A DNA stretch of 62,284 nucleotides, counting the filler. It is 12 parts of 12 records of this genome, joined end to end, with 100 filler letters (N's around TTAATTAATTAA, not from the genome) between each part and the next. Parts side by side here need not be neighbours in the genome. Positions count along the whole stretch, not along the records: positions 19,306 to 24,430 come from SRR15195285_3649; positions 24,531 to 28,674 come from SRR15195285_3654; positions 28,775 to 31,845 come from SRR15195285_3658; positions 31,946 to 35,375 come from SRR15195285_3662; positions 35,476 to 39,773 come from SRR15195285_3665; 7 more parts are not named here. The stretch is one strand, 5' to 3'. How positions within the stretch are numbered: the stretch's first letter is position 1; the number at the start of each line of letters is the position of its first letter. Under the pieces are notes generated by a model. That model was not told the DNA's origin, searched no databases, and was given only the letters and a program-made list of their open reading frames with translations. Positions 23,280-35,476 of this stretch are shown here, in pieces. The translations under genes were made by a program, and so were the position numbers.

Positions 23280-24387
23280 TCAGCGTTCAAGCCGTATGTC
23301 TGCTTGATAACAACAAAGAACGTCGTCTTGAGTGGATATTGAAAGGCAACAATCAGGTCATTTGCAAAAACGTTAAGCGTAAAATTCGCCAGATTAAAGA
23401 TAATTATAGCATCAACGCACCCGCGCAGTTTGTCCACACTTGCGACGTAGCCTCACAGTCCCATCGCCAACCGAGCACATAGTCTCCGTGTGGCAGATAT
23501 GCGGGGATCTTGAGCACATCCAGAATTCCTAGCGCAAAGCCACCCTTCTGGATTGAGTCGCCTTTCTTGGCTTGGAAGCCTTTGCTGGCTTGACTCTCTG
23601 TCCAATTTGCAAGTGGCGGGAATGCTGGCCTGGTTTTGCTTTGTCCGCAGCGCGAGCAGTCAGAGCCTGGGGTTTCGGGGCAGGGCTCACACGGGCCTTC
23701 GTAACTTTTCTTGTCGCCAGGAGTGCAGGCATGTGGCGTTGAGGCATTGTCGTGTGGGCCCGGCAGGCACCGTGGGCCGAGGTCAGTCGGCGGAATGGGG
23801 ATCCTTGACCATGTGCTGCCAGGTGGCTGCGTGCCGGTATTGACGTGCAGTGGCGTGATCGGGATCTTGCTTCCATCTGGTAAGAGCAACGCGGACTTGT
23901 GTGGTACGAAGTCCAGCGGATGACTCTGGAAGCACGCCTCGGTAAGCGGAGACGATGATGGGCAGAGCCTGTACGAGTAGCCACCGCCGTGATTCTGAAG
24001 TAGCTGCCACGTCACCGTGGCCACTCCTCCGATCTTCCACGTAGTGTTCGTCGGTAGCTTTGGAAGCGTCGAGCCGTTCTTGCCGTGGTACGCATTGGTG
24101 GTATTGGTGTACATCCCTGCCTCAGGGGCGTTGGTGCTCCAGGGCGTGCCACCGGCGAGGCCACACACATCCGCAATCGGCGCGTTGCCTGGGGCTCGCC
24201 AAGGATTATGGCGGTAGATATCGAATGGTGAGTTGGCGGTGGCGTTGAGGTTCACGCTCCGAGCATGGTCTGGCAGCGTGGGCTTCTTGCCCTTGTGGCA
24301 CAAGTCGGTCTGCCGCCGCCCGCTCCAGTGGTCACATTTCTCGCACCCGATGAAGCAGCCCTGTGAAAACCAGAACCCCACGTTCAA
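23280..24387 (-). CDS. LPMO-like (histidine-brace, AA15/AA17-like) Cys-rich protein, 5' truncated; last intron 23300-23420
   Basis: NPWRAPG, NHGGGYSYRLCP, LTEACFQ, YVLGWRWDCEATSQVWTNCA; splicing gives the C-terminus CADIRLER*, matching the paralogue at 30681. The N-terminal His exon is lost at the contig edge. Confidence 0.7.
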
Positions 24388-24403
24388 ACAGGTGCCGGCT
24401 ACC

Positions 24404-24430
24404 GAGAGAGAGAGAGAGAGAGAGAGAGAG
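24404..24430. repeat. (GA)n microsatellite at contig end
   Basis: Uninterrupted GAGAGA run up to the spacer. Confidence 0.9.
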
Positions 24431-24531
24431 NNNNNNNNNNNNNNNNNNNNNNNNNNNNNNNNNNNNNNNNNNNNTTAATTAATTAANNNNNNNNNNNNNN
24501 NNNNNNNNNNNNNNNNNNNNNNNNNNNNNNG

Positions 24532-25911
24532 CCGCTCACCGAGCCGAGCGGGGACATTGGCATGGCGATCGACCTGCCCGATGCGCTGCCGGACCCGGTG
24601 GTGACGACCCTGCCGAACGGGGTGCGCGTCGCGACTCAGGAGACCTTCCACCAGGCGGCTTCCATCGGCATCTTCGTTGACGCGGGCTCGCGCCACGAGG
24701 GGGCGGACTTCGCCGGCGCGACCCACATGCTAGAGAAGATGGCCTTCCAGAGCTGCCAGGAGTTTAGCAAAGCGCGCATCATCTACGAGATCGAGATGAT
24801 GGGGGCGAACGTGATCGCGAACCGCTCCCGCGAGTCGATGATCTACGGCGCGGACGTGCTCCGCGAGTACGCCGGAGACATGACGACGCTGCTGCTGGAG
24901 TGCATCACCCGGCCGCAGTTCAAGGGCTCGGAGGTGGCTGAGCAGGCGGCCCACATCGCCAACGTAGAGCTCTCCGCGCTGGCTGCGGACGAGACCAACC
25001 AGGTGTTCGAGGCATTCCATCGCGCGGCGTACGGCGATAGCACGCTGGGGCTGCCGATGTACGCGAACCAGCTCTCGCTGGGCGCGATGTCGCCGGACCT
25101 GCTCCACGACTTCGTCGAGAGCAACTACACCGGCGGCCGCATCGTCCTGGCCGGTGCAAGCGCCGACCACGACGAGCTCGTGCGCCTCGCGACGCAGTAC
25201 CTCGGCGACCTGCCCTCCGGCACGGGCTCCAAGGCCTCCGCCGGCAAGGCAGAGTACGTCGGCGGCGAGCAGCTCGTGATGGATGCCAGCAGCCCGATGA
25301 CCCACGTTGCCCTGGGTTTCGAGGCAGTCGGCTACAACCACCCAGACATGCTGTACTACCACGCCCTGCACATGATGCTGGGTGGTGGCGCGTCGTTCAG
25401 CGCGGGCGGCCCGGGCAAGGGCCTCTGGTCGCGGCTCTACGGCAACGTGCTGAACCAGTACCCGTGGGTGCAGAACGCGACTGCTTTCAACGTGCAGTAC
25501 GAAGACACCGGATTCTTCGGCATCCTCGGTGCCTCCGGCGGCGAGAATGTTGAGCACCTCACCTCGGTGATCTGCCGCGAGCTTGAGACCGCCGCCACAC
25601 AGAAGGCCTCCGATGTCGAGCTCGGCCGCGTCAAGGAGATGCTGAAGTCATCGATGCTCATGAACCTCGAGTCGCGTGCGATCGTGATGGAGGACCTGGG
25701 GCGCCAGATCCTGGCGGCCAACAAGCATGTGTCTGCCGCTGAGCTGTGCGCACAGGTGGACGCGATGACCGCGGATGACATGACGCGGGTGGCGAAGCAG
25801 ATGCTGAACACCGAGATTTCGGTTGTTGCGCACGGCGACACCAAGAAGATGCCCCGCCTCGACGTCTTGAAGCACCACTTCGGGTCTCTCTCCAAGGAGC
25901 TGACCAAGTAA
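24532..25911 (+). CDS. PMPCA: Mitochondrial processing peptidase alpha subunit (M16 family), 5' truncated
   Basis: TTLPNGVRVAT, VDAGSRHE, GATHMLEKMAF, and the alpha-specific glycine loop GGGASFSAGGPGKG.SRLY; MNLESR.IV.ED.GRQ. Confidence 0.92.
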   Translation, partial: PLTEPSGDIGMAIDLPDALPDPVVTTLPNGVRVATQETFHQAASIGIFVDAGSRHEGADFAGATHMLEKMAFQSCQEFSKARIIYEIEMMGANVIANRSRESMIYGADVLREYAGDMTTLLLECITRPQFKGSEVAEQAAHIANVELSALAADETNQVFEAFHRAAYGDSTLGLPMYANQLSLGAMSPDLLHDFVESNYTGGRIVLAGASADHDELVRLATQYLGDLPSGTGSKASAGKAEYVGGEQLVMDASSPMTHVALGFEAVGYNHPDMLYYHALHMMLGGGASFSAGGPGKGLWSRLYGNVLNQYPWVQNATAFNVQYEDTGFFGILGASGGENVEHLTSVICRELETAATQKASDVELGRVKEMLKSSMLMNLESRAIVMEDLGRQILAANKHVSAAELCAQVDAMTADDMTRVAKQMLNTEISVVAHGDTKKMPRLDVLKHHFGSLSKELTK

Positions 25912-26297
25912 ACAGGATGAGAGCGGGAGTGCTGCTACTGAGGGTAAGAACTGGAGTGTTCGTGGTTTCGGGTTACGGGCGGACGGGTGGAGTGGCATGC
26001 AGCGAACATATCTCTGCGTCGCTCGCACGTGCGCGGCAGGAGGGGAAGACTACTACTGTGAATCCCAACGCAACGGCGGTGTTAGTGCGAACGCCGTCGG
26101 TTGATGATGGGCAAGTGAGTGACATGGGGGAAACGTAAGGATATGATGCCATTGTTGCCACGATACGCTACGAGAGGTGAAGAGAAGCAGATGGAAGAGG
26201 AGGGTAGAGACACACGTAATAGCAACACCTGAATTGTTGTACCAGTCACGAGATTACTTAGTTCACTCTGTGCCCGCCGTGATTGCCGCACCTCCAT

Positions 26298-28315
26298 TTA
26301 CCCAACTGTCTGCTTCGGCTTCGGCTTCGGTTGTGGCTGTGGCTGCGGCTTCGGCTTCGGCTTCGGCTTCAGCGCGGGTTCCTCGTCCGCCTTCAAGAGA
26401 TCATCATTGATGCTCCCGCGCCTTTCGCGAGGCACTTCGTCATCCTTTGGCTGTGCCTCATTCTTGATTTCTGTGTATGCGGAGCCACCATCCGTCTTTC
26501 GCTTGGGCTCAGCAGAGGGTGTCGCGTATGATTCTGGCTCCAGGTCGTCTTTCATGTTCGCGTCGGGTATAAGTATGAAGGTGAGCGGGACCGTAAGCAG
26601 CGGGCAAATGAAATGCGCCGCGAACAGCAGGTAGGGCAAATTACGGAAGTCGCACGCCTCCCCAGGAAATTCATCTGAGAGCTCTGCGCGGACATCAAAC
26701 CAGTCGAGCGCGGCGACGCCTGTGGTGCGACTCATCTGGGTTCCAAAATTTTGAAAGCCAGCCAGCAACGCTGCCGATGCACAGACACCGGTCGAGTCAG
26801 ACTTGACGCTCCTGACACAGAGCGAGCTGACTGAAGGAACAAAAACAGCAAGCTACAAACGAGCGACCTCAGAAGACAGGAATGCATGCTGTGGATATTT
26901 TGTTACCGTAAACAGTTGCCTCCACACTCTTCGGGCACAGTTTCGAAGTCAACACCACCGCTGGCATGAAATCTAGAGTTGCGCAGAGCTGGAAGACAAT
27001 GGCGTCGCCAAGCATATACGTGACTTCGTCTGGGATGCCGATGGCAATGTTCCAACGGTTCACAATGACAATATCAATCATTGCCGCGCAGACCTTGACT
27101 ACCGTTGTCACCCAAAACACAGGTCGAAAGTTCCAATCGCTCATGGTGCGCTGAAAGAGTGCGACGCCAGCTATGGCGCAGCATGAGCCGACAACATTCG
27201 CCCAAGTGACGTAGTAGGTGTAACTAAAGCTCGGACCGCCCGGGACGCAGTCCTCATCGGCAGTGTAAAAATAGTCCAGGGCGCCATCCGTACTGACATA
27301 TAACGCATTGGTCAGAAACATATAGAGGTTGGCCTTGGCGAGAGTCCGGCCCATACAGAAAAATGCCAGAGTGCAGAGGAATACGGAGGCGCTCAGCGCG
27401 TAGATGGACTGCATGAGCCGCGTCCCGAACAGATTCACCGCTGCCATCCCCATCGCACAGAATGCCATCACTACCGCAAGAAAGAAGAGTCGCGGCTGTG
27501 ACTTGATCTTGTCTTTCTCCAGATGGCAGCACCGCTGGCCGCGAGGCAGCTGCGGCTCGCCGAGGTATCCGAGGCATGTCGGGATGATGATCTGAGCCGC
27601 GAGGGGCAGTGCGATCCAGAAGATCAGTCTCGGGTTGACTGCATCAGCCAATGGTCCGACCAGAGTTGACGCCATGAGAGCACCGACATGATATTGACCC
27701 CAGACCCAGGAGACTAGCGCGGAGGAAGTCGCCGGGTGGGCGACCATTGCTGCGGCGTATGCCCCTTGGCAGAGCAGGTCCACCATCGAAACGTCTACGT
27801 TCGCCGCGAAGAACATGACCGCAGCGATATCAGCCTGCTCGACATCTATCTGCACCGACGCCAACACCGCAAAGGCACCAACGCCAATAATGGACATGAC
27901 GACGATGTAGCCACCTTTTGGATATCCGAATATCGGCAAGCTGTCCGACAGCGTTCCCCACAGTGCCTTCATGGACCAAGGGGTGGTAGCGATCGAGCCG
28001 TAGATCTGGTACTGGGCAGCGGGAACACCCATTTCTCGATAGTAAGGTAGTTGGCCGAGGCCGATGAAGGTGCCCAGCGACCCTTTGATCCCGAAATCTG
28101 CACACAGGGCACGCGCGAGAAGGGTGTCAGCGACAGCGAGCCGTTCTGAGTGGGTGGATGCGTGCTACGTCCTCACAGCAGCACGTCATGATGATCACGA
28201 ATTTCCCTCCGAACGTCCCTGTCAGATTCCTCATGTACTCTCTGAACCCTTGCACCTCGTTCCCGATCATGTTGCAGGGAGCGCCCAGCCGCACGAAGCA
28301 TGCGGCCATCGACAT
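26298..28315 (-). CDS. Folate-biopterin transporter (BT1/FBT family, MFS); introns 28098-28176 and 26771-26906
   Basis: PWSMKALWGTLSDSLPIFGY, DLLCQGAYA, GALDYFYTA, FMPAVVLTSKLCPKSVEATVY|ALLAGFQNFG after splicing. C-terminal (KP/QP)n hexamer repeat at about 26311-26370. Start codon uncertain. Confidence 0.88.
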
Positions 28316-28915
28316 GTCTCTCTCGGCTGCGCTCTTGGGTGGGTGCAGGTGGGCGTCAGCTGTTTTCAGATCGACGGCTGAGGAGACCTCAAAGCTGGTC
28401 GACTTTCGCCGACCGCAATCCCTGCATAGTGTCCTCGCCGACACTGGCTTGGCTGACAAGCTCCGCTTGCCGGTGTTCCAGCCGCTCAGGCGGGTGGCGC
28501 AACACGCTCGTGCACGCTGTGCAGCGCGTTGACGCTTGACGGCGCCCCGCGTCACCGTCAGCAGAGGCCGTCACGCAGCACCGGCGGTGTCTCTGTCTGG
28601 GACTGGTGTGTGGTGAGGGCTGAGCTCATTCCTTGAATTCCGAGATTCACGGAGTCCTCCGGCGCTTGAGCCGGNNNNNNNNNNNNNNNNNNNNNNNNNN
28701 NNNNNNNNNNNNNNNNNNTTAATTAATTAANNNNNNNNNNNNNNNNNNNNNNNNNNNNNNNNNNNNNNNNNNNNCATCGCGAACCACGAGTTGAGGAATG
28801 CGTGCGGCTGTGATTGTCTACGCATGCTGCAGCTGTGGTACTGTAGATTTACAGTGTTGCGTCACGTGAAGAAAATCTACATCACCAGCTCACGGCTGCT
28901 GTAGCGTGCAAACGT

Positions 28916-30064
28916 ATGCCGCCGAGCAGCCGTGGCAGACACGGCCGCCGCGCTGGCTCAGGCTCCTCGCCGCCTCCAGCTGCGGAAACGTCGTCACGTC
29001 CGTCAGCGCCATTCGATATCTGGATCAAGAGCTTCACCAACGTCGAGCGGCCACTGGATGGTCGGCTGGTGGAGATACACGGAGTGACAGGGAGTGACAC
29101 CGTCGAGTCTGTCAAGGCCAGGCTTCAGGTTGAGCTCGGGGTCCCACGCGAGCATCAGCATTTGCAGTTCCTGGGAGAAGATCTGCAAGACTGGCGCACG
29201 CTCGCCTACTACCAGATTGGGGCTGAGCGCGTCACTGCTGAGCAAATGGCTGTAGAATCCAGCGCCAAGGCCAAGGCAGAGGCAGAGCGCATCATCGCTG
29301 AGGTGGAGGCTGAGGAAGCAGCCAACCAGCAGCAGATTGGTGCCGAGATCGCCTCTGAAGAAACAGCTAGAGACACTGCGAACACGGACGATGGGCCAGA
29401 TGCTCAACCCCAGGTTAATCTCGAAGCTGCAGAAGCGCAGGAAGCGCAGGAGGCGGCACAGGCTGAGATCGAGGCTGCCCGTGAAGCGCAAGCTGCGAAC
29501 CAAGCCAAGAGGCTTGCGACCAGCAACGCTAAAATTCCGCTGATTCTGCGAGTCAAGACTGTAGATTCCGCCCAGGCTTTGGCGGTAGTAACTAAGTGTG
29601 GCGCGGCGCTACAGTACGTCTCGGCTAGCCTTCAGGTTGATAAGCAAATTGCACTTGTGGCTGTGCAGCAGAACGGTTGCGCTCTTGAACACGCTGGTGG
29701 AGATCCGGAATTGCAAGGCGACAAGGAGGTGGTGCTAGCAGCTGTCCAACAATCTGGACTCGCTCTTGAGTTTGCCGCAAAAGAGCTCAGGGAAGATCTG
29801 GACGTGGTGCTGGCCGCTGTTGCTCAGGACGGGCACTCTTTGCAACACGCGGCAAAAAAGCTGCAAGCAGACCAGCAAGTGGTTCTCGCCGCTGTTGCAC
29901 AGAACGGATACGCATTGCAGTATGCGTCTACCAGTTTGCAGGCGGACAAAGATGTTGTACTCTTGGCAGTGACAGAACGTGGGGCCGCCCTCGCGTACGC
30001 TTCGGCACATCTCCGGCGAGACCCAGCCATAAACCGTGCGGCTGCAGCATCGGGGTGGAAATGA
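28916..30064 (+). CDS. Ubiquitin-like domain + acidic/Ala-rich linker + DUF4116-type repeats
   Basis: DTVESVKARLQVELGVPREHQHLQFLGEDLQDWRTLAYYQI (Ubl). About six ~25-aa repeats of the form DKEVVLAAVxQxGxALxYASxxLxxD. Confidence 0.8.
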   Translation: MPPSSRGRHGRRAGSGSSPPPAAETSSRPSAPFDIWIKSFTNVERPLDGRLVEIHGVTGSDTVESVKARLQVELGVPREHQHLQFLGEDLQDWRTLAYYQIGAERVTAEQMAVESSAKAKAEAERIIAEVEAEEAANQQQIGAEIASEETARDTANTDDGPDAQPQVNLEAAEAQEAQEAAQAEIEAAREAQAANQAKRLATSNAKIPLILRVKTVDSAQALAVVTKCGAALQYVSASLQVDKQIALVAVQQNGCALEHAGGDPELQGDKEVVLAAVQQSGLALEFAAKELREDLDVVLAAVAQDGHSLQHAAKKLQADQQVVLAAVAQNGYALQYASTSLQADKDVVLLAVTERGAALAYASAHLRRDPAINRAAAASGWK

Positions 30065-30680
30065 AAATGATGACCCGCGCCCTGTTGGACATCATCTATC
30101 CAGGAAACGAAAATCAGGAGAGATCACCCGAAGAAAGCTCCGCGCCACTGTCGATGACGGACTTGTGGTGTGACAACCGCCGGCGATCGATGCAGCACCA
30201 AAAGAATGGACACCGGAACACGCTCTCGCGCTCTCGACGCGTGGCAAGTCCCGGGGCACGGAACCACGATTGTCGTTGACACGTATTTCGATCTGGATTT
30301 CGACGGGCAACGACGAAGGCGTGCAGCGGCTGGCGGGACTCAGCGCTGGCCACAAAAAAGTGGTTGTGTGAAGCGTGCGGCCGGCCTGTGGCATGATGTG
30401 TGTAGCGATGCTAAGCTCAGCGTGTGCCTGCTCGAGAGGTGGAACGGTCGATTGACACTCCACTTCACACGACAGCTCGTTTTTACTTCCAATACACAAT
30501 TCGAAACAGCTCGAGCTGGCGAAAGTCTTAACGATGCGACAATGCTGCAAGAACGTCGAACACAAAGATCGAAACCCTTGTGGGGTGGTGCTTGTGTGCA
30601 CCGCATCATCTCTTCTACTGGACTGTGGTCATGGGGCCGTATCTTCACATGATTGTGCACCCCTCCGTGCACCCGTCAAG

Positions 30681-31751
30681 TCACACGATACGAATATCCG
30701 CACACGACTGCCAAACCTGGGCTGAGGCTTCACAGTCCCAGCGAAAACCGAGGACATAGTCACCAGGGCTCAAGTGCTCAGGTACATGAAGGTAATCATA
30801 CAGCGTGATGTTGTGCGTCCAGTCCCCTGAGCAGTTGCCCTGGCGGGGGAATCTGGGAGGGTGATCAGGGTATCCTGGCTCGTGGCATGGAGGCTCGAAT
30901 GCCCAGGTCGTGTTAGGCATACCATATCCCCCCGCATCAGGAATCCCCAACATCCGCCACGTCCCTCCGATTGGCAACGTCCCGTTTGTGACATCCACAG
31001 AATCGAGTTCGACCATGCTGCCATCCGATATCATCAATTTTGAGTTGCCAACAAAAGGCATTGGTGTGCGCTGAAAGCAAGCCTCTGTCAAGTTCGATTC
31101 AAGTGGACAAAGCCGAAACTGGTATCCCCCACCATGAATCGTACGGAAGCTTGTCATCGTCTCAACAGTTGAGCCTGCTCGCCATACGGTGCCAGTATCG
31201 TACTTGGGCAAAACCTGTGAGCCACGGTCGCCGAGCTTGACAAACTTTGTATCGGTGAACTCGCCCTTCCCAGCAGTTGCTTTGTATGAGCCACTAGCGC
31301 GGCCACAGGGGTCGAAGATGGGAGCGTGACCGGGTGCGCGCCATGGATTAAATCTCGTCCAGTCCTCTTTGGAAAATGCCTCGACATCGCGGTTGATGGC
31401 ACGGCTCCTCGGGTCGTTGTTTGTCGCCTTCATGCCACCACCACAGCGGTCGATCTTGTTGGGGTTGGAAGGGCCTTTATCTCCACCGTCACACTCTTTG
31501 CATCCGATGCTACAACCAACGCTGAACCACAAGCAGGTCTGAGCGCTTGCGCAAGAGTCCGTCCCGTTCCTGCAGGCGCACGGCGCGCCGTCCTTTCCGA
31601 TACCCTTGACCCAGTAGTAGGGAGAGTTCCCGTCCTTCCACGCCGCGAGCTCACTGTCAATGGCGTTGCGAGGCTTGGGCTTGATCAAACTGCTGTGAGA
31701 TGCCACCAGCGGGAGCAAGGCAGCCAAGAGTGTGACTAGTACTCTGAGCAT
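30681..31751 (-). CDS. Secreted lytic polysaccharide monooxygenase-like protein (AA15/AA17-like)
   Basis: Signal peptide MLRVLVTLLAALLPLVAS is followed directly by His1 (HSSLIKPKPRN). Second His in IHGGGYQFRLCP; C-terminal YVLGFRWDCEASAQVWQSCADI. Confidence 0.8.
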   Translation of the reverse strand: MLRVLVTLLAALLPLVASHSSLIKPKPRNAIDSELAAWKDGNSPYYWVKGIGKDGAPCACRNGTDSCASAQTCLWFSVGCSIGCKECDGGDKGPSNPNKIDRCGGGMKATNNDPRSRAINRDVEAFSKEDWTRFNPWRAPGHAPIFDPCGRASGSYKATAGKGEFTDTKFVKLGDRGSQVLPKYDTGTVWRAGSTVETMTSFRTIHGGGYQFRLCPLESNLTEACFQRTPMPFVGNSKLMISDGSMVELDSVDVTNGTLPIGGTWRMLGIPDAGGYGMPNTTWAFEPPCHEPGYPDHPPRFPRQGNCSGDWTHNITLYDYLHVPEHLSPGDYVLGFRWDCEASAQVWQSCADIRIV

Positions 31752-32077
31752 CCTGGGTGAGCCCTTCGCCGCCGTCCGGCGCCCGGCGCCGCACGCGCGC
31801 ACCCTGCATGCGCGCGCGAGGCGGCCTGGGGCGGCACGAGCGGGCNNNNNNNNNNNNNNNNNNNNNNNNNNNNNNNNNNNNNNNNNNNNTTAATTAATTA
31901 ANNNNNNNNNNNNNNNNNNNNNNNNNNNNNNNNNNNNNNNNNNNNGGGGGGGGGACCCACCGTACGGGTTATCCTTTCCCGATGCCCCTCGCGTGACGAC
32001 GACGCGCCACGCGCGCGCGCGCCACGGACGGACGCCGGCGCCGCGCGCCGGCGCGAGCTACCGCGGTACGACCGTAC

Positions 32078-35000
32078 ATGGGCTCCAAACTGCTGGCGCC
32101 GTGTGCGGTGCTGCTGTGCGCCGTGGGCAGTGGGCCTGCTGGCACTGAAGCGCTCGATCTCTACCCGCACACCAACGACCCCTTCGTTAATCCGCTCCAG
32201 CAGCAGGCCTGGGCCAAGCCACCACTCGCTCTTTCCGTGAGTGGAGCAGGCCACGACCCCCCCGCCCCCCTGTCCGTGCTATCCTGCGATCGGACGTCCT
32301 GGGTACCTGATGCTGCGGTCGTGGGTTTCGCAGCCGAACAAGCCACACTGGTCCGCTTATCGCGGCAGCATAGGTGCAGCCGCCTTGGATGCGTACAATG
32401 CGTCTGGGCTCGGAGACGTGGTATGGCCGCAATGGCCGGTGCTGGCGGACAAAAATAAGAGCGTGCTGACGGCGCAGCTCCAGGACGTGAAGCGGCGTGG
32501 GCTTTGGCTCACCGATATCTCCAACTACGTGCCTGGTGACCCTTCCGACTGTGATCCTGCTCATGGCATCGATGGTGTTTGCGAGTATCACCTGCCTCGC
32601 GAAATCGCTGACGAGCTGAACGACACAATGGGTGAGCGCTTCACGGGCATGGACAATGGCGAGCAGGATGGGCGGTACCTGAGCTACACCGCCGAGCAGC
32701 ACGTCCCGTTAGGTGGGAGTCCAGAGGCGCGCCCATCTGAGCTGCGTCATGGCTATCTGAAGTTCGCCAAGTTTTTCGATCGCATGGCGGACGACCTTGG
32801 GAACAAACTGATGTCTCTCAATTCGCTATGGGACACACACTATTTCGCCAAATCAGGATTCTACACAATGCTGGGCGCTGAGACAGCACAGGGCTTGCCA
32901 AATGCACAGCTGTTCTACAGCTTTCTACGGGGCGCCGCGAAACAATTTGGAACATGGATTTGTGAGTGCCGCTGCTTCTTCCTGTTCCAAAATGCAGCAA
33001 CACCACTTCGATTCTCACATCGAGACTCTTCCCACTTGTTCATAGGGGGCAACGCATCGATCTACAATCGCTTTGGATTCAAGACGTGCGCAAATCAGAC
33101 TGTCGAAGGCGAGTCGATGGTAGTGTGCTCTGAGGCTGGCACATCCCTCAGTCTATTTCGTAGGTTGATGTATACGCAGGTGATGTACGGCGCGAAGATC
33201 TTTGGATTCGAAACGCTGGGGTCGCCATGCCCGATGCCAAACGTGTGTGGCCCGATTTCTGAAATCCACAAAGCAGGGATGGATTTTGCAGCCAAGACTG
33301 AGCTCGGAACACACGTCACCACCGTGGCCGTCATCGCAGACTTTTTTACAGGCTTTGCGCCACCTCGGAATCTATACGCTCAGGTCGCATACCGCGTCTG
33401 GGGCAGCATTCCTTTTTCGAGCGGGGATTTCTGGCTCTCGAATCTGCTCGACCTGTTCTATCCCGGATACACTGGCGCATCTTACTACCACAATGAAACA
33501 GGGTTTTCGACTCCAACGCCATATGCTGATGTCGTTGATGTCCTGCTAAGCGACTGTGCTGCTGACATCCTCTCTCGCTACCCGGTGGTACTCCTCGCTA
33601 CGCCGATCGTTAGTGCGAAGGCAGAGACAACGCACAAGCTTGAGGCCTATGTAAAAAAAGGTGGGCATTTGGTAGTGAATGCAGACGCGCTGGCGTCACT
33701 ACCGCTATTCGGAATGAAAGTCGATACCTCCTCGTCTGACTGCAAGATGATCCCCGCTGGCTCGCAAGTCACTCTTGAATTGACGGCTGGCAAGACTCCA
33801 ACACAAACGCACGCCAAGGAGACGCGTGCACTGCGTGTCTGCCCAGTCACAGGGACGGAGAATGCGAAGGTGGTCGCCTCGGCCAGTGACACACACCTTG
33901 CGTACTCCGTTGATGCAGGTATGGGCACCGTCCTTTTCTTGGCAACGTCTGGTATGGCGGCCGAAGCGGTAGTCACAGCTCTGTACCATCAAACGGCGCC
34001 TGACACGGGGCTCCCCAATCCTTATCCGATGGCAGATCACGCCCATGCACTCCTGGACGATCTCCTGTCTTCTCAGACGCCTTTCACTGCAGGTGACGGT
34101 TTGACTGTGGTTGTTAACCGGGTGGAGTCGACGAAGTATTTGGTGGCAGTGTCTAATCCAGCGCTGACAGAGTTACCGTACAAACTAGTGAGCAATGTAG
34201 GGGCGGTTGCAAACATCGAGGAGATACAACTCCAGGATCGGCAATTAGGACCGACTCTGATGGCAAAGAATGTGACTGGTTATACACCACCTGGGCAACA
34301 TACACTTGGGACGTCGACAGCAAGCACGATTGCAGGCCTTGATCAGCGAATCTTCACCGTCACGCTGTCAGGCGAAAGTGCCAATCTGCTGCCACCCGTT
34401 CCACCGGCCACGTCTCCAGACAAGATCGCACTTCCGCTGCCGCACACGAGTGACTTAACGGAGGCTGTAATGTTGCGTAGCACATTTAAACAGCACTTTG
34501 ATGCCATCGTGCTTGACTGGACATACGTCGAACACCGCACTGCCTCTGAGCTTCGAAAAGAAGGGCGATGGGCATTCATGCGCAACATCTCTCTGCTAGT
34601 CGACTTCACTAGTGGCCTCAACCTATATCCTGATTTGCGATTGTGCAACAACTCTGCGCAGTATGAAGAGAGCATCCGCCGAATCTCTGCGGTTTTGATG
34701 AAGATGTCCACACCAGTGAATGCCTCGACGCACACGATGGATGTAACGTTTGCCGCCGATGCGATCATCGCCATGCATCGTGCACCAGAGAACGGGCGTG
34801 GATACTGTACGTTTCTTTCCATCCATTCCCAGCCTGCAAGACAAGCGTTAGCACTCAATGCCAATTGCCTAACGCGCGAACGCCTGCTGCAACATCGTGC
34901 TCAACTGGTGCTGTCACAGATCACACCAACAACACGGAGCCAAATGAAAAATGCCTCAATGACACACTGCGAGCATTTCAAAGCATTGCTGCTGAGTTCC

Positions 35001-35375
35001 CTAAAATCACACTGCACTTGCGCGTCGGTGCTGCTGGGCGGCAACCAAGTGGGCTACTTGGTGGAGTCGCAACGCTCGACCTGCTCGGCCGCCCACCAAA
35101 CATCATGCTAGCACCTCATCTCGCGGTGGTGGAGCCCGCTGATCCCGTGCTACACGTTCAGCCGGTCGGTATGCTCTTTGTGGCGGGCGCTGTGATGGAC
35201 GAATGGAACGGAGGGTTCAAGCTGCAAAACGCCCCACTCGCAGGTCTTTCAAGCCAAGCACTTGAGGCGATTGGTGGCAACATTGCTACCTCGTACAAAA
35301 CTAGCGCAGCGAAATCTCTGACGCGGCCGTGGCTGGTGGTCGATGCATCTATGCCAACGTATGCGCTCGAGGACA
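32078..35375 (+). CDS. Large secreted protein, possible glycoside-hydrolase-like enzyme (3' truncated); introns 32237-32333, 32962-33045, 34807-34919
   Basis: Hydrophobic N-terminal signal. Three frame-consistent GT-AG introns. Motifs GMDNGEQDGRY, GAETAQ, SFLRGAAKQFG.W.WGNAS.YNR. Segment LSRYPVVLL...LEAYVKKGGHLVVNA resembles beta-galactosidase trimerisation-type domains. Function is inferred only. Confidence 0.6.
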
Positions 35376-35476
35376 NNNNNNNNNNNNNNNNNNNNNNNNN
35401 NNNNNNNNNNNNNNNNNNNTTAATTAATTAANNNNNNNNNNNNNNNNNNNNNNNNNNNNNNNNNNNNNNNNNNNNC

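Noticed and set aside
30055-30672. ORFs between the Ubl-DUF4116 and LPMO genes
   Set aside because: Several overlapping short frames with no motifs; none can be supported.
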